Assembly: GCA_964430755.1 (NCBI GenBank)
Contig: CAYSFT010000001.1
Coordinates: 31,358-95,357, forward strand
Reading direction: 5' to 3'
Length of the DNA stretch: 64,000 bases
DNA from: an uncultured Lachnospiraceae bacterium
GTDB lineage: Bacteria > Bacillota > Clostridia > Oscillospirales > CAG-272
The notes below the pieces were generated by a model. That model saw only the letters and a list, made by a program, of their open reading frames with translations. It was not told where the DNA came from and searched no databases. Position 1 is the first letter of the stretch. Every line of letters begins with the position of its first letter. A program made the translations under genes and the position numbers. This document shows, piece by piece, positions 46,957 to 58,717 of this stretch.

Positions 46957-48684
46957 TCACACGATCGCGCAGACCTTACACATCTGTGTACACAGACCGC
47001 AGCCTGTACAGAGTGTAGCGTCAATGCGAGCCTTACCGTCAACAATCGAAATGCAGGGGCATCCGATCTTCATACACATCTTACATCCGACACACTTATC
47101 AGCATTAACCGTAAGAGCCGGCTCACGCTTGACATATTTAAGCAGCGCACAAGGACGGCGGCAGATGATAACGGACGGACACTTTGCCGAAAGCTCTTCC
47201 TTGAGAACAGCCTCGGTTTCTTTAAGGTTGTTAGGATCAACGATGCGGATATGCGCTTCGTCAACGCCTGCTGCCTTGGCAATATTTTCGAGCATGATAC
47301 CGGTTACGGGCTCACCCTTTAAAGTGAAGCCTGTGCAGGGATTCTGCTGATGTCCGGTCATACCGGTGATGCTGTTGTCAACGATAACAACAGTTGAGAT
47401 ACCCTTGTTGTATGTAATGTCAACAAGTCCCGTGATACCCGAATGCATGAATGTTGAGTCACCGATAACGGCAACACACTTGTCCTCCTCGCCGCGTACC
47501 TTTGCAAAGCCGTGAAGCGCGGAGATCGAAGCCCCCATACAGAGTGTGGTGTCCATACCTGCAAGCGGCTGTGCGGCACCGAGAGTGTAACATCCGATGT
47601 CACCGCTGACGTAAAGTCCGAGCTTTTTGAAGAGGTAGAAAACACCTCTGTGAGGACAACCGGGACAAAGCACCGGAGGACGCACGGGAATGTTATCTTC
47701 AAGAGTATAGCAATCGTTTTTCTTATTAAGAAGAATGTCCGCAATAAGCTCCTGCGAAAATTCGCCGCAAATGGGGAGCAGATTCTTACCGTCACACTTG
47801 ATGCCAAGCGTCTTAACATGAGTTTCGATAATGGGATCAAGCTCCTCAATAACGATCACGCGCTCATATTTAGCCGCGAACTCCTCAATGATACGCTTCG
47901 GAAGCGGATTGACCATACCAAGCTTTAAGTAAGAAGCGGTATCGCCGAAAGCCTCAAGCGCATAACAGAATGACGGACCTGCGGTAATAATACCGATCTT
48001 CGCGCCCTTATTTTCGATAACCTTGTTAAACGGACAGTTCTCCGCAAACTCGGCAAGTTCACGGAGTCTTTCTTCAACAACAACGTGACGACCGCGAGCC
48101 ATTGCAGGCATCATAACGTGCTTTGCGATGTTCTTCTCGTAAGGCTTAACGGGCACTTCAACTCTGTCAGAGGTCTCAACGATCGACTGCGAGTGAGAAA
48201 CACGTGTATTAAGACGAAGAATGAACGGAGTGTCAAACTTCTCGGAATATTCATATGCAGCCTTTGTAAATTCAAGACATTCGCCCGAATCGGACGGCTC
48301 GAGCATCGGGAGCTTCGCCGCAATAGCATAGTGACGGCTGTCCTGCTCGTTCTGGGACGAGTGCATACCGGGATCATCGGCAACGCCGATAACGAAACCA
48401 CCGTTAACACCCGTGTAAGACGTGATAAACAGCGGATCCGCCGCAACGTTAAGTCCGACGTGCTTCATAGCACAGAACGAACGTCCGCCGCCAATAGCCG
48501 CACCAAGTGCCGCCTCAAGCGCAACCTTTTCGTTGGGTGCCCATTCTGCGTAAACCTCATCATATTTAGCCACAGCCTCGGTAATCTCGGTACTCGGAGT
48601 TCCGGGATAACTCGAAACAAATCGCACACCTGCTTCGTAAAGTCCGCGTGCGACGGCCTCATTTCCAAGCATTATTTTTTTCAT
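46957..48684 (-). CDS. iorA: Indolepyruvate:ferredoxin oxidoreductase, alpha subunit
   Basis: The TPP-binding fold GDIGCYTLG...GDSTFMHSG, and a C-terminal 2x[4Fe-4S] CxxCxxCxxxC (CVGCKMCMKIGC; CTGCGLCTQMC). Confidence 0.9.
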   Translation of the reverse strand: MKKIMLGNEAVARGLYEAGVRFVSSYPGTPSTEITEAVAKYDEVYAEWAPNEKVALEAALGAAIGGGRSFCAMKHVGLNVAADPLFITSYTGVNGGFVIGVADDPGMHSSQNEQDSRHYAIAAKLPMLEPSDSGECLEFTKAAYEYSEKFDTPFILRLNTRVSHSQSIVETSDRVEVPVKPYEKNIAKHVMMPAMARGRHVVVEERLRELAEFAENCPFNKVIENKGAKIGIITAGPSFCYALEAFGDTASYLKLGMVNPLPKRIIEEFAAKYERVIVIEELDPIIETHVKTLGIKCDGKNLLPICGEFSQELIADILLNKKNDCYTLEDNIPVRPPVLCPGCPHRGVFYLFKKLGLYVSGDIGCYTLGAAQPLAGMDTTLCMGASISALHGFAKVRGEEDKCVAVIGDSTFMHSGITGLVDITYNKGISTVVIVDNSITGMTGHQQNPCTGFTLKGEPVTGIMLENIAKAAGVDEAHIRIVDPNNLKETEAVLKEELSAKCPSVIICRRPCALLKYVKREPALTVNADKCVGCKMCMKIGCPCISIVDGKARIDATLCTGCGLCTQMCKVCAIV

Positions 48685-48717
48685 TGATATATTCTCCAAA
48701 AAATTATTTTCTAAAAA

Positions 48718-50016
48718 TCATTTCACGCGGTTGTCGATAACTCTCTTTGCCTTGCCGACAAATCTTTCAAGCGATTTCGGCTCAACGAGATTGATCTTTG
48801 CGTCAAGTCCGAGAACGGTCTGGAGCTTATGACGAACCTTCTGCTGAAGATTTTCAAGAGATGTGAACGATGTGAGCAGATTTGCATCGGAAACCTCAAT
48901 GTTGATTTCAAAGGTGTCCATATAGTTCTTTGTTCCGAGTACGATCTGATACTGCGGACCAACCTCGGGAATGCTTACAAGTACGCTTTCAATCTGCGTC
49001 GGGAAGACGTTAACGCCCTTGATCTTGAGCATATCGTCGGCACGTCCGAGCGGCTTGTCCATACGAACATGAGTGCGTCCGCATTCACACTTTTCATAGT
49101 GAAGACGTGTGATATCCTTGGTGCGGTAACGCAGAAGCGGTATTCCCTCTTTTGTCAGCGTTGTCACAACAAGCTCACCCTCGTCGCCGCGAGCCTTGAC
49201 AGAACCTGTCGCGCTGTCAATAACCTCGGGAAGGAAGTTATCCTCCGCAAAATGCAAGCCACAGCGATAGCGGCATTCGCCCGAAACACCGGGGCCGCAA
49301 AGCTCACTCATACCGTAGTTATCGGTTGCAAAGAGATTCCAAGCCTCCTCAACCTTTGCGCGCATTTCGTTGGAGCAGCCCTCCGAGCCGAAAAGTCCGA
49401 GACGGATGCCGAGGTCTCTGCAGTCAATACCGAGATCTCTCGCAACCTCTGCTATGTAAAGCGCATACGACGGAGTTGAAACGAGTGCAGTCGTTCCGAA
49501 GTCCTTCATAAATTTGAGCTGTTTTTCGGTGTTGCCCGTCGATGTGGGAACAACAGTCGCGCCGATGTTTTCAAGTCCGTAATGCAAACCAAGCGCACCG
49601 GTGAACATACCGTAACCGAACGCGATCTGAACGATATCGTCAGCGCTCGCACCTGCCGCAACAACTATACGCGAAACGCAATCAGTCCACATTTTGAGGT
49701 CGTTCTTTGTGTAACCAACTACCGTGGGATTACCCGTAGTACCGGAGGACGCATGGATACGAACGATCTCCTTTTTGTCAACCGCAAAAAGTCCGAAAGG
49801 ATATGTATCGCGGATGTCGTCCTTGGTTGTATACGGAATATACTGAATATCGGAAAGCGCGGTGATTTTGTCTGCGGTGATACCTGCCTCATCGAGTCTT
49901 TTCTTATAAAAAGGGACACGGTTATAGCAGTAATCCACAATGTTTTTGAGACGCCCCAGCTGCAGACGTTCAAGGTCTGCCCTGTCCATCGTCTCTATTT
50001 CTTCTTGCCAAAACAT
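48718..50016 (-). CDS. Phenylacetate--CoA ligase family protein (copy 1)
   Basis: IHASSGTTGNPT, YGMSE and KAKRVIDNR. Paralogous to 45033-46340. Confidence 0.85.
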   Translation of the reverse strand: MFWQEEIETMDRADLERLQLGRLKNIVDYCYNRVPFYKKRLDEAGITADKITALSDIQYIPYTTKDDIRDTYPFGLFAVDKKEIVRIHASSGTTGNPTVVGYTKNDLKMWTDCVSRIVVAAGASADDIVQIAFGYGMFTGALGLHYGLENIGATVVPTSTGNTEKQLKFMKDFGTTALVSTPSYALYIAEVARDLGIDCRDLGIRLGLFGSEGCSNEMRAKVEEAWNLFATDNYGMSELCGPGVSGECRYRCGLHFAEDNFLPEVIDSATGSVKARGDEGELVVTTLTKEGIPLLRYRTKDITRLHYEKCECGRTHVRMDKPLGRADDMLKIKGVNVFPTQIESVLVSIPEVGPQYQIVLGTKNYMDTFEINIEVSDANLLTSFTSLENLQQKVRHKLQTVLGLDAKINLVEPKSLERFVGKAKRVIDNRVK

Positions 50017-50056
50017 AATAATGATCCTATCCTTAATATAAAATGTTATCTCTAAT

Positions 50057-50085
50057 ATTATAATATAAAATAATCGCTATGTCAA
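50057..50085 (-). promoter_or_regulatory. Consensus promoter of the aryl-pyruvate operon (TTGACA-17-TATAAT)
   Basis: Minus strand: TTGACA (50085-50080), a 17-nt spacer, TATAAT (50062-50057). Confidence 0.65.
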
Positions 50086-50133
50086 GGAAAAACGGCGTTT
50101 TTTAACGAAAAACATTATATAGGGCAACCATCG

Positions 50134-50184
50134 AGAAAAAACCACCGCGTCAAAAGGCGTACCGAGCCCTTGTTCAGTGGTTTT
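50134..50184 (-). terminator. Candidate terminator downstream of obg
   Basis: Minus strand: AAACCAC...GTGGTTTTTTCT. The stem is 7-8 bp and the loop is long (~28 nt). Confidence 0.4.
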
Positions 50185-50211
50185 AAGTTATACAGTATTT
50201 GTTAAATTATA

Positions 50212-51492
50212 TCAGCTTATAAAATCAAATTCAATATCGTAAATGTTAACCGTGTCGCCATCCGCGCAGCCCTTTGCGGTAAGTGCATCAATAACGCCGC
50301 TCGATTTGAGTATACGCTGGAAGAATGCAACCGATTCCCTGTCGCCGAAGTTGACAGAATCGATAAGCTGGAGAAGCCATTCACCCTCAACATAATAAAC
50401 GCCGTTAACATTGCGGACGATAATCTCGCGCTCACCGTCATCGCTCACTTCGGGGATCGGCTCTGCCTCGGATTCGTAAATCGTCAGCGGCGGCAGATCT
50501 TCAAGCATCTCGGCAGTACGCCACATAAGCTCGTCCACGCCTTCTCGTGTTGCAGCAGAGATATAGAAAAGCTCACAGCCAAGCTCGTCTTTCACGTATG
50601 CTTCGAAATCCGAAAGATCAACAAGTTCGAGAACAGTCGCATCTATCTTATTCGCGGCAAAAATCTGCGGTCTTGACGCAAGCTCGGGCGAATAACGCTC
50701 AAGCTCGGAATTTATCTTTTTGATATCGTCGATCGGATCGCGCCCCTCTGCACCGCTTACGTCAATAACATGGATAAGTAAACGGCAGCGGTCAACATGA
50801 CGCAGAAAATCGTGACCGAGGCCTGCTCCCTCTGCGGCGCCCTCGATAAGTCCGGGGATATCGGCAAGAACAAAACCTTTATTTTCACCCGTTTTAACAA
50901 CACCGAGCTGTGGCTGTAATGTCGTAAAATGATAATTTGCGATCTTTGGCTTTGCCGAGCTGACAACCGATAAAAGCGACGATTTTCCGACGTTTGGAAA
51001 GCCTACAAGTCCAACGTCCGCAAGCATTTTAAGCTCCAGCGTGACATCCTTTTCTTCGCCCTTGAGTCCGGGCTTCGCAAAACGCGGAATCTGACGTGTC
51101 GGTGTCGCAAAATGACGGTTACCCCAGCCGCCTCGTCCACCCTTTAAAATCGTATAAGGCTCACAGTCGGACATATCCTTGATGATGCGTCCCGTTTCAG
51201 CGTCTTTTATAACAGTTCCCGGCGGAACGAGAATTACCGTATCTTCACCGTTCTTTCCGTGGAACTTTTCCGTACCGCCGTCACCGCCGTTTTCGGCGAT
51301 AAACTTGCGCTTGTAACGGAAAGCGAGAAGCGTGTTCGTTCCCTCGTCAATCTTGAAAACGATATTACCGCCCGTACCGCCGTCACCGCCCGAAGGTCCT
51401 CCCTCGGCTACGTATTTTTCACGGTGAAATGCGACGCATCCGTTGCCGCCGTCACCTGCTTTTATGTGTATTGTTACGTTATCTATAAACAT
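50212..51492 (-). CDS. obg: GTPase Obg/CgtA
   Basis: MFIDNVTIHIKAGDGGNG Obg fold, G1 GFPNVGKSS, G3 DIPGLIEGA and a C-terminal OCT domain. Confidence 0.95.
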   Translation of the reverse strand: MFIDNVTIHIKAGDGGNGCVAFHREKYVAEGGPSGGDGGTGGNIVFKIDEGTNTLLAFRYKRKFIAENGGDGGTEKFHGKNGEDTVILVPPGTVIKDAETGRIIKDMSDCEPYTILKGGRGGWGNRHFATPTRQIPRFAKPGLKGEEKDVTLELKMLADVGLVGFPNVGKSSLLSVVSSAKPKIANYHFTTLQPQLGVVKTGENKGFVLADIPGLIEGAAEGAGLGHDFLRHVDRCRLLIHVIDVSGAEGRDPIDDIKKINSELERYSPELASRPQIFAANKIDATVLELVDLSDFEAYVKDELGCELFYISAATREGVDELMWRTAEMLEDLPPLTIYESEAEPIPEVSDDGEREIIVRNVNGVYYVEGEWLLQLIDSVNFGDRESVAFFQRILKSSGVIDALTAKGCADGDTVNIYDIEFDFIS

Positions 51493-51510
51493 TGTTGTCC
51501 TCCCAAAAAG

Positions 51511-53917
<2,407 letters not shown>

Positions 53918-54007
53918 TTAAAAATGTGATTAAATACATTATACCACAAGTTTCCGATAAATAAAAGAGTTTTTAAAAAAATTTTCCGCAAATTGTTCGA
54001 AAAATCA

Positions 54008-54036
54008 TTGACTTTTTCGAGGGAAGTTGGTACAAT
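54008..54036 (+). promoter_or_regulatory. Promoter of the dehydrogenase/PHP operon (TTGACT-17-TACAAT)
   Basis: TTGACT at 54008-54013 and TACAAT at 54031-54036. Confidence 0.6.
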
Positions 54037-54081
54037 ATAAGGTGTAAAATAAAAATCCATATATATGAAAGGAATATTATT

Positions 54082-55341
54082 ATGAAAACCAAAGCAGTTA
54101 GAATTTACGGTGTCAACGACCTCCGTCTTGAGGAGTTTGAGCTTCCCGAGATCGCAGACGACGAGATACTGGCACACATTATATCCGATAGCCTTTGTAT
54201 GTCTTCTCACAAGGCTGCAATGCAGGGTGCCGCTCACAAGCGTATTCCCGATGACTGCGATGTAAACCCCATAATCCTCGGTCACGAGTTCTGCGGCGAC
54301 ATCGTTAAGGTTGGTAAGAAGTGGCAGGATAAGTTCAAGCCCGGCGATAAATTCGCTATCCAGCCTGCTCATAACAAGAACGGCAGTCTCATGGCTCCCG
54401 GTTACAGCTATAAATACTGCGGCGGCGGCGCTACATACGTAATCATCCCTGCAGACACTCTCGAAATGGACTGTCTCTTAAAGTATAACGGTGACGCTTA
54501 CTTCTACGGTTCCCTTTCCGAGCCTATGAGCTGCATCATCGGCGGTGCACACGCAAACTATCACACCAAGGGCGGCTCTTATGTTCACGATATGGGCATC
54601 AAAGAAGGCGGTAACGCTTGTATCCTCGCAGGTGCAGGTCCTATGGGACTCGGTGCTGTTGACTATCTTATCAGCTGTGACCGTCGTCCGTCGTTCCTCG
54701 TTGTAACCGATATCGACGAAGCTCGTCTTGCTCGTGCGGCTGAGATGGTTACCGTTGAAAAGGCTGCAAAGAACGGCGTTAAGCTCATGTATGTAAACAC
54801 TGCAAAGTATGAAGATTCCACAGCTTACTTAAAGAGCCTCGCTCCCGAGGGTTATGACGATGTATTCGTATTCGCTCCCGTTAAGCCCGTTGTTGAACAG
54901 GGTGACGCAATCCTCGGCAAGGACGGCTGCCTCAACTTCTTCGCAGGCCCGACCAAGACAGACTTCTCTGCAATGTTCAACTTCTATAACGTACACTACG
55001 CATCGACTCACATCGTCGGCACCAGCGGCGGTAACACAGACGATATGCGCGAATCAATCACAATGATGGAAAAGGGACTCATCAATCCTGCGGCTATGAT
55101 CACACACATCTGCGGTCTTGACGCTGTTCCCCAGGCAACCATCGACCTCGATAAGATCCCCGGCGGCAAGAAGCTTTGCTACACAAACATTTCCCTGCCT
55201 CTCACTGCTATTGCGGATTTTGCAGAGCTTGGTAAGACCGATCCCATGTTTGCAGAGCTTGCTCGCATCTGTGAGGCTAACAACGGTCTCTGGTGCGGTG
55301 AAGCAGAAAAGTATCTGCTCGCAAACGCTAAGTCCATCTGA
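54082..55341 (+). CDS. Zinc-dependent medium-chain dehydrogenase/reductase, long (419 aa) form (sorbose-1-phosphate-reductase-like)
   Basis: A catalytic Cys region (SDSLCMSSHK), GHEFCG and a Rossmann GAGPMGLG. It is unusually long for an MDR enzyme. Confidence 0.7.
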   Translation: MKTKAVRIYGVNDLRLEEFELPEIADDEILAHIISDSLCMSSHKAAMQGAAHKRIPDDCDVNPIILGHEFCGDIVKVGKKWQDKFKPGDKFAIQPAHNKNGSLMAPGYSYKYCGGGATYVIIPADTLEMDCLLKYNGDAYFYGSLSEPMSCIIGGAHANYHTKGGSYVHDMGIKEGGNACILAGAGPMGLGAVDYLISCDRRPSFLVVTDIDEARLARAAEMVTVEKAAKNGVKLMYVNTAKYEDSTAYLKSLAPEGYDDVFVFAPVKPVVEQGDAILGKDGCLNFFAGPTKTDFSAMFNFYNVHYASTHIVGTSGGNTDDMRESITMMEKGLINPAAMITHICGLDAVPQATIDLDKIPGGKKLCYTNISLPLTAIADFAELGKTDPMFAELARICEANNGLWCGEAEKYLLANAKSI

Positions 55342-55413
55342 CTATTTTGCAAAGCGGAACGGTAAAAAGTTCCGCTTTCTTTGCTATAATAATTTTTATT
55401 AAGGAGAATAACA

Positions 55414-56502
55414 ATGTCAAACGAAATCATGACACGTGTAAGCGCTATCGCTCCCGTACTGCGTATGCTCAGCAAAGAGGATAAGTGCTGCACAGTTAAA
55501 TTTTCAACCGAATACTGCGAAAAATGTACTGCGGGTGCACTCAAAATCACCGATGAGAGCATCGACGGTATCAAAGCCGCATTTGATGCTTACGTAAAAG
55601 CAAACGGAGCAAAGCCGACCGCCGCATTTGTTGACGGGCTCGGTATATTCAGAATCAACGTCACCGAAGCAGCAGGCAAGCGTCTTGACGGCAAGATCGC
55701 TATCGTTACAGGAAGCGCACAGGGCTTTGGTAAGGGTATCGCAGAGCATATGGCTCGCGAGGGCGCACACGTTGTTGTTGCAGATATGAACGCAGACGGC
55801 GCAAAGGCTACCGCTGATGAGCTTTGTGCGGCATACGGTGCAGATGCGGCTATTTCGGTCGGCGCAAACGTATCCGATGAAGCAAGCGTTGAAGCAATGG
55901 TTGCCTCTTGCGTTGCAGAGTTCGGCGGACTTGACGTTTTCGTTAATAATGCAGGTATCGTTCGCGCAGGAAGCCTCGAAGAAATGACCAAGGCAAACTT
56001 CGAGCTTGTTGCCGCTGTAAACTACACTGCATACTTCCTCTGCGCTAAATACGCTTCTGCAGTTATGAAGCTCCAGCGCAAGGTCTGCCCCGATTATCTT
56101 TCCGATATCATCGAGATCAACTCGAAGTCGGGACTCGAGGGCTCAAACAAGAACTTCGCATATGCCGGCAGTAAGTTCGGCGGAATCGGTCTTACCGAAT
56201 CGTTCGCACTCGAGCTCGCACCGTTCGGCATCAAGGTTAATGCAATCTGCCCCGGTAACTTCTTAAACGGTCCTCTGTGGAGCGATCCCGAAAAGGGACT
56301 TTTCGTTCAGTATCTCAACGCAGGCAAGGTTCCCGGCGCAAAGACAATTGACGATGTGCGCCGCTTCTATGAAGCAAAGGTACCGCTGAACCGCGGATGC
56401 GAGATCAAGGACGTTGCTCGTGCGATCCTTTACATAATCGAGCAGGAATACGAAACCGGCCAGGCAATTCCCGTAACCGGCGGACAGGTAATGTTAAAGT
56501 AA
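55414..56502 (+). CDS. SDR-family oxidoreductase with ~95-aa N-terminal extension
   Basis: TGSAQGFG (the TGxxxGxG variant), NNAG and YAGSK (YxxxK). The SDR core starts at about aa 95, and the extension carries CC-x12-C-x2-C. Confidence 0.75.
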   Translation: MSNEIMTRVSAIAPVLRMLSKEDKCCTVKFSTEYCEKCTAGALKITDESIDGIKAAFDAYVKANGAKPTAAFVDGLGIFRINVTEAAGKRLDGKIAIVTGSAQGFGKGIAEHMAREGAHVVVADMNADGAKATADELCAAYGADAAISVGANVSDEASVEAMVASCVAEFGGLDVFVNNAGIVRAGSLEEMTKANFELVAAVNYTAYFLCAKYASAVMKLQRKVCPDYLSDIIEINSKSGLEGSNKNFAYAGSKFGGIGLTESFALELAPFGIKVNAICPGNFLNGPLWSDPEKGLFVQYLNAGKVPGAKTIDDVRRFYEAKVPLNRGCEIKDVARAILYIIEQEYETGQAIPVTGGQVMLK

Positions 56503-56527
56503 TCGCAAACGAAAGGACAAAGAAAAA

Positions 56528-57748
56528 ATGTCTATCGAAAATCTTATAGCACAGCTTAACGCCGACACTAAGGAAGAGCGTCTTGCGGCACTTCGCGAGA
56601 TCAAGGCACTCACCGATAAGGGCGAGCTTCCGACTCCCGAGAAGACGGCGTTTGTAAACAATCATATTCACACAACATATTCATTCTCACCCTACTCGCC
56701 CACAAAGGCACTTTACCTCGCATGGCAGAACGGACTCGGTACAGCCGGAATCATGGACCACGATTCCGTATCCGGTGCAAAGGAGTTCATCGAAGCAGGT
56801 GAGATCATAGGTATGCCCGTAACCGTCGGTGCCGAATGCCGTATCAACATGAGCGGTACAGCACTCAACGGCAAGCGTATCAACAACCCCGACCAGATAT
56901 CCGTCGCATATGCGGCAATTCACGGTATTCCCCATCAGATGATCGACCGTTTCGACGCTTTCTTCGAGGGTTACCGCCGTCACCGTAACCTGCGCAATCT
57001 CAAGATGTGCAGACGTATCAACGAGATCATGGCTCCGTACGGCGTTGCAATTGACTTCAAAGCAGACGTACTTCCCCTCTCAAATTCGTGGGAAGGCGGC
57101 TCGGTCACAGAGCGTCACGTGCTGTTTGCACTCGCAAAGAAGCTGACTGCACGTTTCACCACACCTGCAGAGGTGCTTGCTTTCCTTGAAAATGACATGG
57201 GACTCGCTCTTTCGGCAAAGGTACGCTCCCAGATCGCAGACGGCGACAAGACTCCGCAGTTCTATGAGTATGACATCCTCGGTGCACTCAAGAGTAATCT
57301 CGTCGAAAAAATTTACATCGACGCAACCGACGAGTGCCCCGATGTTACCGAATACATCGCGCTCTGCCGCGAGACCGGTGCAATAAGTGCATACGCTTAC
57401 CTTGGCGACGTCGGCGATTCGGTAACGGGTGACAAGAAGGCACAGAAGTTTGAGGACGATTATCTTGATCTGCTTATCTCCGAGCTGAAGCGTCTCGGCT
57501 TCAACGCCATCACATATATGCCCTCGCGCAACACACGTGAACAGCTCGAGCGTATTATAAAGCTCTGCAACGACAACGGATTCTTCCAGATAAGCGGCGA
57601 GGACATCAACTCCCCCCGTCAGTCGTTCATCTGTAAGGCAATGGCAGACCCGATGTTCGCGCATCTCACCGATGCTACATACGCGCTTATCGCTCACGAA
57701 GAAGCAGCAAGCAAGGACATCACCAAGGCGATGTTCTGGGGTAAATAA
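56528..57748 (+). CDS. PHP-domain (polymerase/histidinol phosphatase-like) metal-dependent phosphoesterase
   Basis: NNHIHTTYSFSPYSP (HxH motif) and GIMDHDS; 406 aa. Confidence 0.7.
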   Translation: MSIENLIAQLNADTKEERLAALREIKALTDKGELPTPEKTAFVNNHIHTTYSFSPYSPTKALYLAWQNGLGTAGIMDHDSVSGAKEFIEAGEIIGMPVTVGAECRINMSGTALNGKRINNPDQISVAYAAIHGIPHQMIDRFDAFFEGYRRHRNLRNLKMCRRINEIMAPYGVAIDFKADVLPLSNSWEGGSVTERHVLFALAKKLTARFTTPAEVLAFLENDMGLALSAKVRSQIADGDKTPQFYEYDILGALKSNLVEKIYIDATDECPDVTEYIALCRETGAISAYAYLGDVGDSVTGDKKAQKFEDDYLDLLISELKRLGFNAITYMPSRNTREQLERIIKLCNDNGFFQISGEDINSPRQSFICKAMADPMFAHLTDATYALIAHEEAASKDITKAMFWGK

Positions 57749-57775
57749 GATAATTTAGCACTTAATAAATAACAA

Positions 57776-57820
57776 CCACCGAGGTAAAGCTGTTATAGTT
57801 CTGCCTCGGTGGTATTTATT
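57776..57820. terminator. Bidirectional terminator between the PHP gene and the XRE gene
   Basis: CCACCGAGG (57776-57784) pairs with CCTCGGTGG (57804-57812), followed by TATTTATT. T-rich sequence is also present on the other strand. Confidence 0.65.
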
Positions 57821-57828
57821 CGCTTATT

Positions 57829-58029
57829 TCATTCAAAAAAATCACTTACAGAGCAGGAAAGAATTTCGGCAAGCTCTGGCAATAACGTAATATCAGGGTA
57901 GCATTCGCTTCTTTCCCATTTTGATATTGCTTGCGGTGAAACGCATAGTATCTCTCCAAATTCTTCTTGCGTCAAATTGTTCTTTTGACGGTATTTTTTT
58001 ATTTTATCCGCAATAGTGATTTTCTTCAT
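57829..58029 (-). CDS. XRE-family (Cro/C1-type) helix-turn-helix protein, 66 aa
   Basis: NNLTQEEFGEILCVSPQAISKWERSECYPD is a canonical HTH_3 pattern. ATGA overlap with the upstream gene. Confidence 0.85.
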   Translation of the reverse strand: MKKITIADKIKKYRQKNNLTQEEFGEILCVSPQAISKWERSECYPDITLLPELAEILSCSVSDFFE

Positions 58030-58565
58030 CGTTGTTTAACCAACCAATATGTTTCATTTTCACGATTCATAATACCGCAAGCAATTATTTCACGGCGAAT
58101 AGTACAATGATCTTCGTGGAATTGATGTATAATATCATTAACTTCTTTTTCGGTGTAGACACGCTCTTTCTCAAAGCATTTTGCAATTTCGCCAAGAACG
58201 ATTTCACGCTTTTTTCGTTGAGACGGGATACGAGTCAGTTTTCCGTATTCGAAGAAATGCGAAATGACTTCTTTCTTATATTTCTCATCGTCATTTACAG
58301 CTGATTCTTCTTTTTTTATCAGCTCATAAAGCGGCTTATCGAATATCTCGCGATTGAGCGAATATATAATATAAAATTGTGAACGAGAGCAGTTTACCAC
58401 ATTAGCCGCCTCCATCTTTTTTAAGTGATAGCAGATTGTCGCAGGCGTAAGTGAAAGCTCGCAAGCGATTTTCTCAACATATGAATCCTCATGCATGAGA
58501 ATATTGAGAATGTCAAGACGGGTTTCGTCCGCAATCAGTTTTAATAGTTCAAGCTTTTGCTTCAC
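58026..58565 (-). CDS. ArsR-type wHTH fused to DUF2087 domain
   Basis: The N-terminus LKLIADETRLDILNIL...IACELSLTPATICYHLKKM is ArsR-like. The C-terminus IPSQRKKREIVLGEIAKCFE..YTEKEVNDIIHQFHEDHCTIRREII is the DUF2087 pattern. The GTG start overlaps the upstream stop (GTGA). Confidence 0.75.
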   Translation of the reverse strand: MKQKLELLKLIADETRLDILNILMHEDSYVEKIACELSLTPATICYHLKKMEAANVVNCSRSQFYIIYSLNREIFDKPLYELIKKEESAVNDDEKYKKEVISHFFEYGKLTRIPSQRKKREIVLGEIAKCFEKERVYTEKEVNDIIHQFHEDHCTIRREIIACGIMNRENETYWLVKQR

Positions 58566-58717
58566 TCATTCACTTCCTTTCGCTTTTGCCATGCTTCGGC
58601 AAGACAAGCTTTTGCGAAGCGGAAACCGCCTATACGCTCGTTGAGTTCAATCGCTTCCCATTTGTACTCTCTCGCCAATGCATCCTCTATCAAAGTGTAA
58701 AATACAGAATCAAACAT
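58562..58717 (-). CDS. Hypothetical 51-aa protein
   Basis: MFDSVFYTLIEDALAREYKWEAIELNERIGGFRFAKACLAEAWQKRKEVNE. A GAGGAG RBS sits 7 nt upstream, and the ATG overlaps the upstream stop (ATGTTTGA). No homology was recognised. Confidence 0.5.
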   Translation of the reverse strand: MFDSVFYTLIEDALAREYKWEAIELNERIGGFRFAKACLAEAWQKRKEVNE

